Below are positions 9,887 through 19,674 of a DNA stretch of 64,000 bases, one piece after another. The DNA is from Minisyncoccota bacterium (lineage in GTDB: Bacteria > Patescibacteriota > Minisyncoccia > Phycocordibacterales > SBAW01), in the NCBI GenBank assembly GCA_035548815.1, contig DASZSF010000005.1, positions 115,741 through 179,740 on the forward strand. The letters run 5' to 3'. Below the pieces are notes generated by a model. The model did not search any database and had not been told where the DNA came from. It saw only the letters and a list, made by a program, of their open reading frames with translations. How positions within the stretch are numbered: position 1 is the stretch's first letter; every line of letters begins with the position of its first letter. Position numbers and translations under genes: made by a program.

Positions 9887-10809
9887 ACAAGGTAGTAACA
9901 ATACATTTGCATGGCACAGCCTTCGAGATCGAAGAAGGCGCCTACGATGCTCTGCGCCGCTACCTCGACGAGGCCGCGCAAAAACTTGAAGGCAATCCTG
10001 ACCGCGACGAAATTGTCGCAGATCTGGAGCAGGCAATTGCCGACAAGTGCGCGCTCTACCGCACACAGCATAAAACGGTCATCACTTCGGCCGACATGGC
10101 AGCCGTGCTCAAAGAAATGGGTGATGTTGATGTAGAAACTGAAAACGAAAGCGGTGAGAAAAAAGGCGAGGGCGACAATGGCAACAAAAGCCACTCGCAT
10201 ACAGGCCCGACACCTAAGCGCCTGTTCCGTTTGGAAGAAGGCAAAGTTTTCTTTGGTGTATGTTCCGGCCTGGCCGCATACTTTGACGTTGATGCCACGC
10301 TCGTGCGTATCCTCTTCATCATCCTCACGATCATCTCACACGGCGCGGGACTCCTGATTTATTTCTTGATGGTGATATTTGTCCCCCGCGCAGCATCACC
10401 CGCTCAAAAGGCGCAGGCCTATGGCACGGTACTTATAAACGCGAGCGAACTTATGCGCCGCGCACGCATGGAATACGAACACTTCAATGCAGAGGACTGG
10501 AAGGAGGGTACGCGCAAACTCAAAGAAGAAGCACAGCAGTGGAAGCGCCAGTGGCGAAAACAGCGCCGCATGCAGGCTAAGATGCATCACACATACAATC
10601 ACAACTATCAATACAAACAGATGTCCCCCTTCTGGCACGCGGTACATTCCCTGCTTGGGATGCTATGGTTCGCGTTCATCATCTTCTGCGGATGGTTCCT
10701 CTATACGCACGTGCCGGGCGCACACCACGCGATGGACTCAGTAGCTATGTGGGTGGCGCATATTTTTGCCAAGATCGGGCACTTTATAGACGCGCACATA
10801 GGTGCATAA
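9883..10809 (+). CDS. PspC-domain membrane protein
   Basis: KRLFR....KVFFGVCSGLAAYFDVD...VR; ATGA overlap with padR-like gene. Confidence 0.9.
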   Translation: MNKVVTIHLHGTAFEIEEGAYDALRRYLDEAAQKLEGNPDRDEIVADLEQAIADKCALYRTQHKTVITSADMAAVLKEMGDVDVETENESGEKKGEGDNGNKSHSHTGPTPKRLFRLEEGKVFFGVCSGLAAYFDVDATLVRILFIILTIISHGAGLLIYFLMVIFVPRAASPAQKAQAYGTVLINASELMRRARMEYEHFNAEDWKEGTRKLKEEAQQWKRQWRKQRRMQAKMHHTYNHNYQYKQMSPFWHAVHSLLGMLWFAFIIFCGWFLYTHVPGAHHAMDSVAMWVAHIFAKIGHFIDAHIGA

Positions 10810-10847
10810 GTGTAAAAAGACGATTTTTCCTTTGATATCATGGGTTT

Positions 10848-11315
10848 ATGACCCCTGACCAATTGCCTTCGCTGCGCGGACGCGCCACCGTTACTACTGT
10901 CCTCATCGTCGTTATATTGATAGCTCTGTGCCTCGTGTTGTGGATGTACCGCAATACAGAACCTGTCTCCCGCTTCTTTGGTTCGGACACTGAGACGACA
11001 ACGCCGGGTGTTGCCGCAGGCAACACGGTCGTTTCATACTCATGCGACGAAGACAAAAGCTTGAGTGCTGAATATATTGATGGCGGCCCAGCAAGCTCCA
11101 CCCCAGACGGCCGCCCTGTTCCAACAGGCGCAGTCGAGCTTACCTTCTCCGATGGCACGATGCTCCGCTTGCCGCAAACCCTTTCTGCATCTGGCATCCG
11201 CTACGCAAATGCCGACGAGTCGCTTATTTTTTGGAGCAAAGGGGATACTGCGTTCATCCAGCAAGGCATAGGTACAAGCCAGACCGAAACATACTCCAAC
11301 TGCGTCGCACAGTAG
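10848..11315 (+). CDS. MliC-family (lysozyme inhibitor-like) protein
   Basis: YSC...LPQTLSASGIRYAN...FWSKG...C. Confidence 0.85.
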   Translation: MTPDQLPSLRGRATVTTVLIVVILIALCLVLWMYRNTEPVSRFFGSDTETTTPGVAAGNTVVSYSCDEDKSLSAEYIDGGPASSTPDGRPVPTGAVELTFSDGTMLRLPQTLSASGIRYANADESLIFWSKGDTAFIQQGIGTSQTETYSNCVAQ

Positions 11316-11345
11316 TAAGTAAAAAAGAAAATCCTGGTTTCAGTA

Positions 11346-11705
11346 ATGTTGCTTCTTCGACGAAACCGAAAAAACTACCTCAAACACAAAGAACTCGCGC
11401 GGGTGTTGGTGCATGCGCGGATTTTATATTTCAACCAGTTCTATAATGTGCCTCTGCGCAAGATCTTCATCAAAAATCACAAGTCGCGCTGGGGGAGTTG
11501 TTCCGAAAAAGGAAATTTAAATTTCAATTACAAACTCGCTTTCCTCCCACCGCATTTGGTCGATTACATTGTTGTGCACGAACTGTGCCATCTGCACCAT
11601 TTCAATCACTCGCCTTCCTTCTGGGCTTTAGTTGCGCAAACTTTGCCAAATCACAAGGCGCTGCGTTTGGAACTTAGAAGGCTTGAGCAACGACGTATTG
11701 CATAA
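11346..11705 (+). CDS. YgjP/DUF45-like zinc metalloprotease-fold protein (short)
   Basis: SRWGSCS, DYIVVHELCHL..FNHS..FW. Confidence 0.85.
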   Translation: MLLLRRNRKNYLKHKELARVLVHARILYFNQFYNVPLRKIFIKNHKSRWGSCSEKGNLNFNYKLAFLPPHLVDYIVVHELCHLHHFNHSPSFWALVAQTLPNHKALRLELRRLEQRRIA

Positions 11706-11758
11706 AAAGAAAGCGCCGCTCGGGGAGAGCGGCGGGGAAGTTAAGGAAGGTGCAGGGT

Positions 11759-12217
11759 CTAGATCATGGCGTTCAGGATCCAGAGGCACGTGAGCGTGGT
11801 GACCCCGCCTTGTGTGTAGGCGCAGGCATGGGCGTCATATTCACGTAGCTCCTTCGGGAAGTCAGCTGGGACATCCGTCCGGTCGCGGATTTTGGTCTTG
11901 TCGTCGGCCGAGACCCACTTCCGGTTGATCCACGCCTGGATGATGCGAAGGTTCTTGGGATCACGCCGCCAGGTGGTGGGGCGGCACTCACCGTCGTGAC
12001 AGGGACAGTCTTGGTGCGGGAAGTAGTCCTGATAGTGGTCATGCACCCAGTAGTGCATAAACCCGTCGTCCCCCAGCATCCTGCCATCCCTGTCCCTGCC
12101 GGCTCTATCGACCGCCTGTTCGAGGCTCGTCGGCGCCTGCCCCAGCGTGTGGCGGGGCAACATCAGGCCAGGCAGCATCACGGCTGCGGGCAATGCGAGA
12201 AGCGATCTGCGAAGCAT
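11759..12217 (-). CDS. High-GC orphan secreted Cys-containing protein with Tat-like signal
   Basis: SD GGGGAG 6 nt before ATG; MLRRSLL twin-arginine; CPC....CRP, HAC, C; hairpin + U-tract downstream. Confidence 0.65.
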   Translation of the reverse strand: MLRRSLLALPAAVMLPGLMLPRHTLGQAPTSLEQAVDRAGRDRDGRMLGDDGFMHYWVHDHYQDYFPHQDCPCHDGECRPTTWRRDPKNLRIIQAWINRKWVSADDKTKIRDRTDVPADFPKELREYDAHACAYTQGGVTTLTCLWILNAMI

Positions 12218-12384
12218 GTGCAACTCCCCTGAAATGCGGTTGGTCGGTCTATCCCTCCGTCTGTAAACTGAAGGCCCGTCTTTTTCTGTGTGTGCAGGCT
12301 ATGTTATTTGTACCAAGCTCATCCGTGGCGTCAAATAGCTGGCACTTCACCCTTTCTTTAGCTCAGCAGTAGTACGGTAAAGAG

Positions 12385-12720
12385 ATGGCAGATATCGTCA
12401 CGCGCGACCAATACTATTACCGCGGCTCGTTTATTGCGGGAATCATCAACACGGTGGTTGGAATCATCGAGCTTTTTTTGCTCATACGCATCGTACTCGA
12501 ACTTTTGGGGGCCAATGCCGCATCTCCTATCGTGGCATGGACCTATGCCGTGAGCAGCACATTTATGGGCCCATTTGTCGGAGCATTCCCTGGACTTTAC
12601 CTCACACAGAATTCTATTCTTGATGTTGTGGCAGTTGTTGCGATGATAGGCTACGCGCTTCTAGGCTGGCTCCTCATCGAACTTCTCGGTTTCATCGTCG
12701 GAACAGTGGAGAGGATTTAG
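12385..12720 (+). CDS. YggT-family membrane protein
   Basis: LLIRIVLELLGAN..SPIVAW.Y......PF.G.F, two to three TMs. Confidence 0.75.
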   Translation: MADIVTRDQYYYRGSFIAGIINTVVGIIELFLLIRIVLELLGANAASPIVAWTYAVSSTFMGPFVGAFPGLYLTQNSILDVVAVVAMIGYALLGWLLIELLGFIVGTVERI

Positions 12721-12850
12721 TCACTGTTTCGGCCTTGCATCCTTGCTATACATAGGAGTACTATCAGATTTAAGAGGAGAGTTTCATTCGCTCAACTCCG
12801 TGATAGTACACAGCCACATCTTTCTTCTCTCGAGCATAGGGGTTACACAG

Positions 12851-13258
12851 ATGACGAAGTTGATGGGACGCGACGCGATCCTGGGCATGGCCACGGCCGC
12901 GCCCACGGTGAGCAACAAGGACATCCTTCTGGCCGCCGCGGCCCTGATCGAGGCCCGCCTGCCCAACCAGCCCGCGTGGTACCGGTTCCACAGCATCGAG
13001 CGTCTCAAGGTCGGCGCGCAGCGCATGCAGCTGATCGAGGGCACCGTCCTGCAGACCCTCGCCGACGCGGCCACCCAGCTGGGTGCTCCGCTGAAGGTCG
13101 GCAAGAAGAGCAAGAAGACCAACGTCGGCCATGTCGTCGATCGCGGTCTGATGACCCTGGAGCAGGTCCATGGCTTCTCCTGTGGCTGCGGCGACGCGAT
13201 CACGGATGCCGACGCGGCCACCGAGATGCGCAAGGTCGCCGACGCCTGCACCACCTGA
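12851..13258 (+). CDS. High-GC orphan hypothetical protein
   Basis: Almost all G/C-ending codons, AGGGG SD-like motif, GC hairpin after stop. Confidence 0.65.
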   Translation: MTKLMGRDAILGMATAAPTVSNKDILLAAAALIEARLPNQPAWYRFHSIERLKVGAQRMQLIEGTVLQTLADAATQLGAPLKVGKKSKKTNVGHVVDRGLMTLEQVHGFSCGCGDAITDADAATEMRKVADACTT

Positions 13259-13350
13259 TCGGCTGACGCCGAGATTCGACTTCGAACCCCCGCCTTGCGC
13301 ACCACGCGAGGCGGGGGATCATCATTTGTATAAAAATGTATACTTAGGGT

Positions 13351-13659
13351 ATGTATACACATCACTACGGGTTTGATACGGGCTGGTTTATGAATATTCC
13401 GATTTGGTCGGTTCCGTTTTTGGGATTGGCATTTTTAGCAGCGATTTGGTCGCTCGCATGGAAGGGCATAGCGCTCTGGCATGCAGGGCGCAATAACGAC
13501 GGCTGGTGGTTTATCGCCATTTTGCTCATCAACTCTGTTGGTATTTTGGAAATCGTCTATCTTTTCTTCGTTCTCAAATTGAAGTTCGAAGAAGTGTTCC
13601 CATTCTTAAGACGCGGGCCTCATCACCCTCCGCACCATCACAACCATCCTCACGCATAG
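13351..13659 (+). CDS. DUF5652-like membrane protein with His/Pro-rich tail
   Basis: WSLAWKGIALWHAGR....WF......N..GILEIVYL. Confidence 0.75.
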   Translation: MYTHHYGFDTGWFMNIPIWSVPFLGLAFLAAIWSLAWKGIALWHAGRNNDGWWFIAILLINSVGILEIVYLFFVLKLKFEEVFPFLRRGPHHPPHHHNHPHA

Positions 13660-13691
13660 CTCTCATCCTCTTATCCACAGAGTGTTGTGTA

Positions 13692-13714
13692 TCTTGTGTA
13701 TTGCACACACAAGA
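13692..13714. promoter_or_regulatory. Putative LexA autoregulatory operator
   Basis: TCTTGTGT-N7-ACACAAGA directly upstream of extended -10 TGATATAGT. Confidence 0.55.
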
Positions 13715-13732
13715 ACGTGATATAGTTAGTGT

Positions 13733-14413
13733 ATGAACATCCAAAACTTGCTTACCTTTAAGCAGCAGAGGGTATTAAACGCTGTGCGTGAGTATCTATA
13801 TAAGGAAAATGAGTCTCCGACGCTCGAACAGCTTCGTGCGGAGCTCGGCTTCAGCTCACTCCGAACTGTTACGCAGTATTTGGATATCCTTGAACGCAAG
13901 GGTTATATCGTCCGCCGCAAAAATGCCGCGCGAAATATTGAATTGCGCAATGTTGACGGTGCGTGGGGCACGGTCAGCATCCCCGTTATTGCAAATGTTG
14001 GTTGCGACGACTTGTCTGTCTTTGCGCAGAGCTCAAGCGAGGCCGACGAGTTTTTGGAAGTCGACAAACGTATTGTTGAAGAAGACGACGGCGACATCGT
14101 TGCGGTGCGCGCCATCGGCGACAGTATGAATGATGCGGGCATCAACACTGGTGACTACGTGCTCATCCGCTTTACCAACGACGTGTCAAACGGCGACCGT
14201 GTGGCAGCGATAGTCAACGACATGGTCACGGTAAAAAGGTTGGAACGCCGCGAAGGAATGGTCATTTTGTGGCCCGAATCAAAGGACCCAAAGTACAAGC
14301 CCATTATCTTGAAGGATGACTTCACCATAGCGGGCAAAGTGCTGTGCGTTATCCCGAGCTACCAGATGGAGGTTACCGAGGTGGTGCCGCTCCCGGAAGA
14401 GGACTATCAGTAA
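13733..14413 (+). CDS. lexA: LexA-family repressor (wHTH + S24 peptidase)
   Basis: LT.KQ..V, PT..., L..LERKGYI; catalytic GDSM and TVKR. Confidence 0.85.
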   Translation: MNIQNLLTFKQQRVLNAVREYLYKENESPTLEQLRAELGFSSLRTVTQYLDILERKGYIVRRKNAARNIELRNVDGAWGTVSIPVIANVGCDDLSVFAQSSSEADEFLEVDKRIVEEDDGDIVAVRAIGDSMNDAGINTGDYVLIRFTNDVSNGDRVAAIVNDMVTVKRLERREGMVILWPESKDPKYKPIILKDDFTIAGKVLCVIPSYQMEVTEVVPLPEEDYQ

Positions 14414-14444
14414 TTAATTATTAAGTTTGGTATACTAGAGGCAT

Positions 14445-14645
14445 ATGGCAACAGGACAAATCAAAACATTAACGGACCGGGGCTTTGGCTTCATTACACG
14501 TGAGGGAGGTGATAAGGACCTCTTTTTCCACTCAAAAGAATTGAACGGCGTAGCCTTCGATGAGCTTAAGGTTGGAGACACGCTTTCGTTTGAAATAACG
14601 GATGGCCCGAAAGGGCCGAGCGCCGTCAACGTTTCGCGAGCGTAA
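14445..14645 (+). CDS. Cold-shock protein
   Basis: RGFGFI, DLFFH, GPKGPSAVNV. Confidence 0.95.
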   Translation: MATGQIKTLTDRGFGFITREGGDKDLFFHSKELNGVAFDELKVGDTLSFEITDGPKGPSAVNVSRA

Positions 14646-14654
14646 CCCCTTTTC

Positions 14655-15344
14655 GTGGTGCGAAAATTTTTCCATTTCAGCGTACTCATCATATTGTTTG
14701 CGGTACTCTGTGCTACCGCAATAGTGGGGTACATTGATGTCACGAGCGAAAAATATATCTATTTATCAAAAAAAGCGCCACCTGCCGAGGTGGCGCTTGT
14801 GCTTGGCGCGTCAGTGACGTCCCGCGGCGTGCTTTCACCGATTTTAAAAGAGCGTGCCGATATGGCGGCTGCGCTGTATCAAAGCGGTACCGTACGAAAG
14901 ATATTGGTGACGGGCGATAACGGCACGCTCACATATGACGAAGTGTACCCGGTGGGCAAATATTTGCTGGCGCTTGGCATCCCGCAGGACGACATATTTT
15001 TAGACTACGCGGGATTTGATACGTACAGCAGTATGTACCGGGCCCGCGACGTGTTCGGCGTTACGTCGGTGCTCATTGTTACGCAAAAATTCCATCTTTC
15101 GCGGGCAGTCTTCATCGCGCGCTCCCTAGGCTTAGAAGCGTATGGCGTGGATGCGGCGGCCCCGGGTGAACGCTTTTTCACCTTGTCGCTGCGCGAAATC
15201 CCCGCTTCGCTTAAGGCTTCATACGATGTGTGGTTCGGCCGCGTGCCTAAGTATCTGGGCGAGCAGTTTCCCGTATCCGGGAGCGGGGTACCTACCTGGG
15301 TTGGCGGCAGCTCACAGATGATATACTTCGGACATGGCCGATGA
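14655..15344 (+). CDS. SanA/ElyC/YdcF (DUF218) family protein
   Basis: ALVLGA, DYAGFDTYSSMYRARDVFG, VTQKFHLSRA. Confidence 0.9.
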   Translation: MVRKFFHFSVLIILFAVLCATAIVGYIDVTSEKYIYLSKKAPPAEVALVLGASVTSRGVLSPILKERADMAAALYQSGTVRKILVTGDNGTLTYDEVYPVGKYLLALGIPQDDIFLDYAGFDTYSSMYRARDVFGVTSVLIVTQKFHLSRAVFIARSLGLEAYGVDAAAPGERFFTLSLREIPASLKASYDVWFGRVPKYLGEQFPVSGSGVPTWVGGSSQMIYFGHGR

Positions 15345-15714
15345 GTGGAAGGAGAAGCTCACACCCCTGCAGTATCGCGTGCTTCGTGAGCGCGGGACCG
15401 AGGCTCCTTTTTCCGGCGAGCTGTTGCACGAAACGCGTGACGGCATGTACCGATGCGCAGCGTGCGGCAACGCTCTGTTCGCCTCTGACGCCAAATTCGA
15501 TTCAGGCACCGGGTGGCCATCGTTTGACCAAGCATTGCCTGGATCGACAAAAATTGTTCCGGACGACAGCCATGGCATGCAGCGCGACGAAGTCGTATGC
15601 GCGCATTGCGGTTCGCATCTAGGACATGTGTTTGCCGATGGTCCGTCGACCACGGGAGAACGTTACTGCATCAATTCAGTATGCTTGGCGCTTGACCCGA
15701 AGGAAAGTAGGTAA
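15334..15714 (+). CDS. msrB: Peptide-methionine (R)-sulfoxide reductase
   Basis: GTE.PF, KFDSGTGWPSF, HLGHVF.DGP, RYCINS; two CxxC. Confidence 0.96.
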   Translation: MADEWKEKLTPLQYRVLRERGTEAPFSGELLHETRDGMYRCAACGNALFASDAKFDSGTGWPSFDQALPGSTKIVPDDSHGMQRDEVVCAHCGSHLGHVFADGPSTTGERYCINSVCLALDPKESR

Positions 15715-15735
15715 TTTACGAGTAACTACATATTT

Positions 15736-16032
15736 ATGTCTACAGTATCGAAATGGATTATTGGGATTTTGTGCCTCGCCGCGCTTGGCTGGCTCGTATG
15801 GTGGAGCGGCTGGTTGAAGAAGCCCGCAACGCAAACTGCGACCGATACAACAACGCAGGCAACAACCACGGCAGAGAATAACGCGCCTATTAACGGCATG
15901 AGTGCCAACAATGACGCGTCTGACACTGCTATTGCACAGGACACTGCGGCAATAGATGCACAGCTCAAGGCGTACTCAACCGACTCGTCAGACGTCGATT
16001 CGAGCATGAATGATAAGCAGGTAACCCAGTAA
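15736..16032 (+). CDS. Small membrane-anchored Thr/Asp-rich protein
   Basis: N-terminal TM; co-oriented with downstream secreted protein. Confidence 0.6.
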   Translation: MSTVSKWIIGILCLAALGWLVWWSGWLKKPATQTATDTTTQATTTAENNAPINGMSANNDASDTAIAQDTAAIDAQLKAYSTDSSDVDSSMNDKQVTQ

Positions 16033-16040
16033 TACATCCC

Positions 16041-16880
16041 ATGACTACTATGCAAAAAATAGCCGTACTTCTTTTGACAGTGTTCGGATTCAGTATGGCC
16101 CTTGCTCCGGCCTTCGTATCTGCGCAAACAGGCGCTGCAGCGGATGCAAGTGTAAACGTTACGACGACAGGTGCATCTGCAGGCGTGGGCGTCCAGATGA
16201 GCGCAAAAGCTATGGCAGATGCAAAGACACGCGCCGACAAAGAACTCGACCGCCGCGTCCAGGCGCTAACCTCACTTAATGCGCGTGTACAGGCAATGCA
16301 GAAAGTAACTGACACGTTCAAGACGAGCTTGGCAACCAATATCGATACGCAGATCTCGGCATTTCAGGCACTTAAAACGAAAATTGATGGTGAAACTGAC
16401 GGCACAACTATTAAAGCCGACGTGCAGTCCATCACTGACTCATACCGAGTATACGCGCTCGTGCTTCCGCAAATTCGTATTGCTGCAGCAGCAGACCGTG
16501 AAGTGACCATTTCGTTCATGATGCAAACCTTGGGCAACAAGCTCGCAGCGCGCATCCAAGCTGCAAGTAATGCGGGCGGTGATGTGAAAGCTCTCACCGA
16601 TACCTTGAACGATTTTGCAACGCAGATCTCAACCGCATCTACGAAAGCACAGGCTGCAGTTGAAGTAAGCGCGCCGCTTGCTCCGGACAATGGCGATAAA
16701 GACACCATGGCTAAGAACAAAGCCGCGCTTGCCGAGGCACGCACCGACCTGAATGCGTCTCACACAGCGTTGGTTGCCGGGCGTAAAGACATCGACACCA
16801 TAGTAAAGGCTCTCGTTAAAGTTGAGGCAGCGGTTCGGGCATCCGCAACGGCTTCGAGCACGACAACGGTAGGTCAGTAA
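16041..16880 (+). CDS. Secreted helical/coiled-coil protein
   Basis: Signal peptide (VSA-Q), Ala-rich heptads, YRVYALVLPQ. Confidence 0.65.
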   Translation: MTTMQKIAVLLLTVFGFSMALAPAFVSAQTGAAADASVNVTTTGASAGVGVQMSAKAMADAKTRADKELDRRVQALTSLNARVQAMQKVTDTFKTSLATNIDTQISAFQALKTKIDGETDGTTIKADVQSITDSYRVYALVLPQIRIAAAADREVTISFMMQTLGNKLAARIQAASNAGGDVKALTDTLNDFATQISTASTKAQAAVEVSAPLAPDNGDKDTMAKNKAALAEARTDLNASHTALVAGRKDIDTIVKALVKVEAAVRASATASSTTTVGQ

Positions 16881-16884
16881 TCGT

Positions 16885-18021
16885 ATGCGGCGATTACTCG
16901 CCATACTTTGCACAGGCGCACTGACATTGTCCGGTGCGTCTGTTGCGTATGCGCAAGCGAATATCGATCCAAGCGACATTGTTACATTCCCAAAAGCACA
17001 AGTCCTACGGGTTTTACATCAAGAGGTGCGTGAAATTCCAGGTACAGGCACTAACACAAATGCCCAGACCATAGAGGCACAGATACTCTCGGGTCCCGAG
17101 ACAGGCAAAGTCGTCACGATAGATAATGACTTTCTGACGCTTAACAAAGGCGATGTATTTTACATGCGACATGAAGTATACGATGCGGAAAGCATTAACA
17201 CGTACGCAGTGCTCGCGCCGTACCGCCTTCCGCAATTGGCATTGATAGTTGGGCTTTTCTTGCTGTGCCTGTTTGTGTTTGGGGGCAAGCAGGGCATACG
17301 CGGCCTTGTAACGCTTGTTGGCAGTCTTTTGTGTATCGGAGTCGTGCTTGTGCCTGGCATCTTGCACGGATTCTCGCCGCTTTTGCTGAGTGCGTGCGTG
17401 GCGGGGCTTATTGTCGTTCTCGGATCGTATATAACCCATGGCTTCAATAGGACAACTACCGCCGCAGTGGTTGGCATGCTATGCACGGTGCTCATTACCG
17501 GATTGCTCGCGTACATGTTCATTCATGCGGCGCGATTGACTGGTTTCTCGAATGAAGAGGCGACGTATTTAAACTTCAACACCGGAGGTTTGATAGATTT
17601 CCAGGGATTATTGCTCGGTGCCATGATAATCGGATTTTTGGGAGTGCTCTATGACGCAGCGATAAGTCAGGCGATTGCCGTCGAAGAGCTGTTTGCGGTA
17701 GGGAAACATCTTCAAAAATGGGATGTATACCGTCGCGCACAGCGCATAGGTCGCGAACATATCGGCGCATTGGTTAATACGCTTGCCATAGCCTATGTAG
17801 CAGTCTCGATGCCTCTACTTCTTCTAGTTGCCTCATCCGCTCAAAATGTCTGGATGACGCTCAACCAGGAACTATTTGCAGAAGAGATAGTCCGCATGAT
17901 GGTGGGTACGATAGGTATTATTCTTGCAGTGCCCATAACGACCGTGGTCGCAGTATATATACGTTCCACCTGGCCACCATCCAAGTTGCCGCGTCATGTG
18001 CACGGCCATTCGCATTCATAA
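16885..18021 (+). CDS. YibE/F-family membrane protein
   Basis: LGVLYD..ISQA, IGREHIGALVNTL..AY, His-rich C-terminus. Confidence 0.88.
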   Translation: MRRLLAILCTGALTLSGASVAYAQANIDPSDIVTFPKAQVLRVLHQEVREIPGTGTNTNAQTIEAQILSGPETGKVVTIDNDFLTLNKGDVFYMRHEVYDAESINTYAVLAPYRLPQLALIVGLFLLCLFVFGGKQGIRGLVTLVGSLLCIGVVLVPGILHGFSPLLLSACVAGLIVVLGSYITHGFNRTTTAAVVGMLCTVLITGLLAYMFIHAARLTGFSNEEATYLNFNTGGLIDFQGLLLGAMIIGFLGVLYDAAISQAIAVEELFAVGKHLQKWDVYRRAQRIGREHIGALVNTLAIAYVAVSMPLLLLVASSAQNVWMTLNQELFAEEIVRMMVGTIGIILAVPITTVVAVYIRSTWPPSKLPRHVHGHSHS

Positions 18022-18067
18022 AATAAAACCCTCCGCAAAAGCGGAGGGGTAGCGGGTTACACGTTGG

Positions 18068-18496
18068 TCAGCAGTCGATATTGATCTGCCAGCGAACCTG
18101 GTCCTCGACGCTCACCTGCACATCCTCCTTGTCAGGGGAAGCGAGGATGCGGCAGCAGTTGGCGAAGCCGAGCGCCATACCGGCCTCGGCGACCATCAGC
18201 GGCCGGGCCGCATCGGTGCCCAGCAACCGGGCGACCTGCTTGCCCACGACCGAGTCGGGGTTGATGTCGACCATGACGCCGCGGCCGCGGCGCTCATGGC
18301 GGAGCACATCATGCCGGTGTTCCGGGGGCAACGCGTTCCTCACCGTGCAGCAGGGGCAGTCGGTCGACGCAGTCGCCGCGGCAGCTGCCATGATGGCCGC
18401 ATAGCCAAGCTTGGTGTCGGTGCGCATCGCATAGGCGAGCGCCGTGTCCGGCGTATCGCCGGCTTTCAGTCGAAGAAGTGCGCTTGGAAAGGACAT
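18068..18496 (-). CDS. High-GC orphan Cys-rich hypothetical protein
   Basis: GGGAG SD 6 nt before ATG (MSFPS); CPCC, CC and terminal C; hairpin at 18025-18050. Confidence 0.6.
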   Translation of the reverse strand: MSFPSALLRLKAGDTPDTALAYAMRTDTKLGYAAIMAAAAATASTDCPCCTVRNALPPEHRHDVLRHERRGRGVMVDINPDSVVGKQVARLLGTDAARPLMVAEAGMALGFANCCRILASPDKEDVQVSVEDQVRWQINIDC

Positions 18497-18537
18497 GAAC
18501 ATCTCCCTCTGGAGCTTCCGTTTGTTGGCGAACCTGC

Positions 18538-18575
18538 CAACGTGCCCTCCGCCATATATTTCGGAGGGCACGTTG
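18538..18575. repeat. 14-bp perfect inverted repeat
   Basis: CAACGTGCCCTCCG-ccatatattt-CGGAGGGCACGTTG. Confidence 0.8.
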
Positions 18576-18582
18576 ACAACCT

Positions 18583-19254
18583 CTATATCGCTGCCTCTAT
18601 GTCGCGGGCGGCTTTCGCGGTATCTGCTTCAAGTCCCAATTCTTTATTTTCAACAAGTATGTGCTTGATGCCGGCAAGCTCTAGTTCGTGGCGTATCTGC
18701 TCGGCAACCCGGCGGCTGTTAACGGTCGGTTCGCGAACGATAACTGCCAAGTCCACGCCTGCCAGAATGCCGGTTGCGACAGGATCGGTGCCCGCGCGTT
18801 CGTCTACTATCACAGCTTCGTTTGATTTGAGCTTTAAGAGAGGCAAGTACACCTTGAGCGGCGCAGCCAGCGAATGACTGCATGCCTCTTGGCTGCGAAC
18901 GCGCTGTGTATGAGGCCCGGCGGTCATAATACGTAGACCGCTGTCCACTTCGACAGATATTTGTGCAGTATATGAGTCCGCAGGGAATATGCTGAACAAG
19001 ATGCCGGCTTCGGTGCCTGTGCGCAATGCATCAGCGTACGTTCCTTCGCGCAGAGCGCCAACATGTTCTTTTATTGCATCCGGATCACGGCCTATATACA
19101 CCGAAGGCTCGATTCCGAGACTGTATGTAAGGTCCATATTATGGTCGGCGTCTATCGCAAGAACGCGCATGCCTAGCCCCTGCAAATGCCGCACCATAGC
19201 TGTTGCCATCGTACTTTTGCCCGATCCTCCTTTTCCCAAAAATGCCAATTTCAT
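18583..19254 (-). CDS. CooC/MinD-like (SIMIBI) ATPase, possible metallochaperone
   Basis: GKGGSGKST deviant Walker A, IDAD, ACSH, VD..AG. Confidence 0.75.
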   Translation of the reverse strand: MKLAFLGKGGSGKSTMATAMVRHLQGLGMRVLAIDADHNMDLTYSLGIEPSVYIGRDPDAIKEHVGALREGTYADALRTGTEAGILFSIFPADSYTAQISVEVDSGLRIMTAGPHTQRVRSQEACSHSLAAPLKVYLPLLKLKSNEAVIVDERAGTDPVATGILAGVDLAVIVREPTVNSRRVAEQIRHELELAGIKHILVENKELGLEADTAKAARDIEAAI

Positions 19255-19319
19255 AAATGCAAATCACTTGCGTTTGTATACTACCTGAGCATCAAACTTA
19301 TTGCAAGTTTATTGCGTTT
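19255..19319. promoter_or_regulatory. Two Fur/Zur-type boxes in divergent promoter
   Basis: AAATGCAA-N5-TTGCGTTT (19255-19275) and TATTGCAA-N5-TTGCGTTT (19299-19319). Confidence 0.6.
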
Positions 19320-19334
19320 GTATATACTTGAGGC

Positions 19335-19664
19335 GTGGATGATTTTGCAGCAAAACTGCGCGCAGCGGGATTTCGGGCCACGCCTGGTCGCGTCAGGCTC
19401 TTGGAAGTGCTGTGGAGAGCGAGCGGTCCTTTAACTGTCGATGAAATAGGACGGAAGTTAGATCTGAATGTGGTCACCGTCTATCGAGCACTACACGATC
19501 TGTCTGGTAAGGGGTTGGTATTGCGGGGTATAGGAGCTGCTGGGGTTGAGGGGGATATGCGGGGCGACATACGTGCAGCGCATTTTTCTTATCCGAAAGC
19601 GACGCATCACCATCACATGGTCTGTAGCGACTGTGGCTTTAGCAGGGGATGTGCGACATGCTAA
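19335..19664 (+). CDS. Fur-family regulator (Zur-like, short)
   Basis: GFRATPGR, TVYRAL, HHHHMVC..CG and terminal CxxC. Confidence 0.85.
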   Translation: MDDFAAKLRAAGFRATPGRVRLLEVLWRASGPLTVDEIGRKLDLNVVTVYRALHDLSGKGLVLRGIGAAGVEGDMRGDIRAAHFSYPKATHHHHMVCSDCGFSRGCATC

Positions 19665-19674
19665 TAAAAATCTT

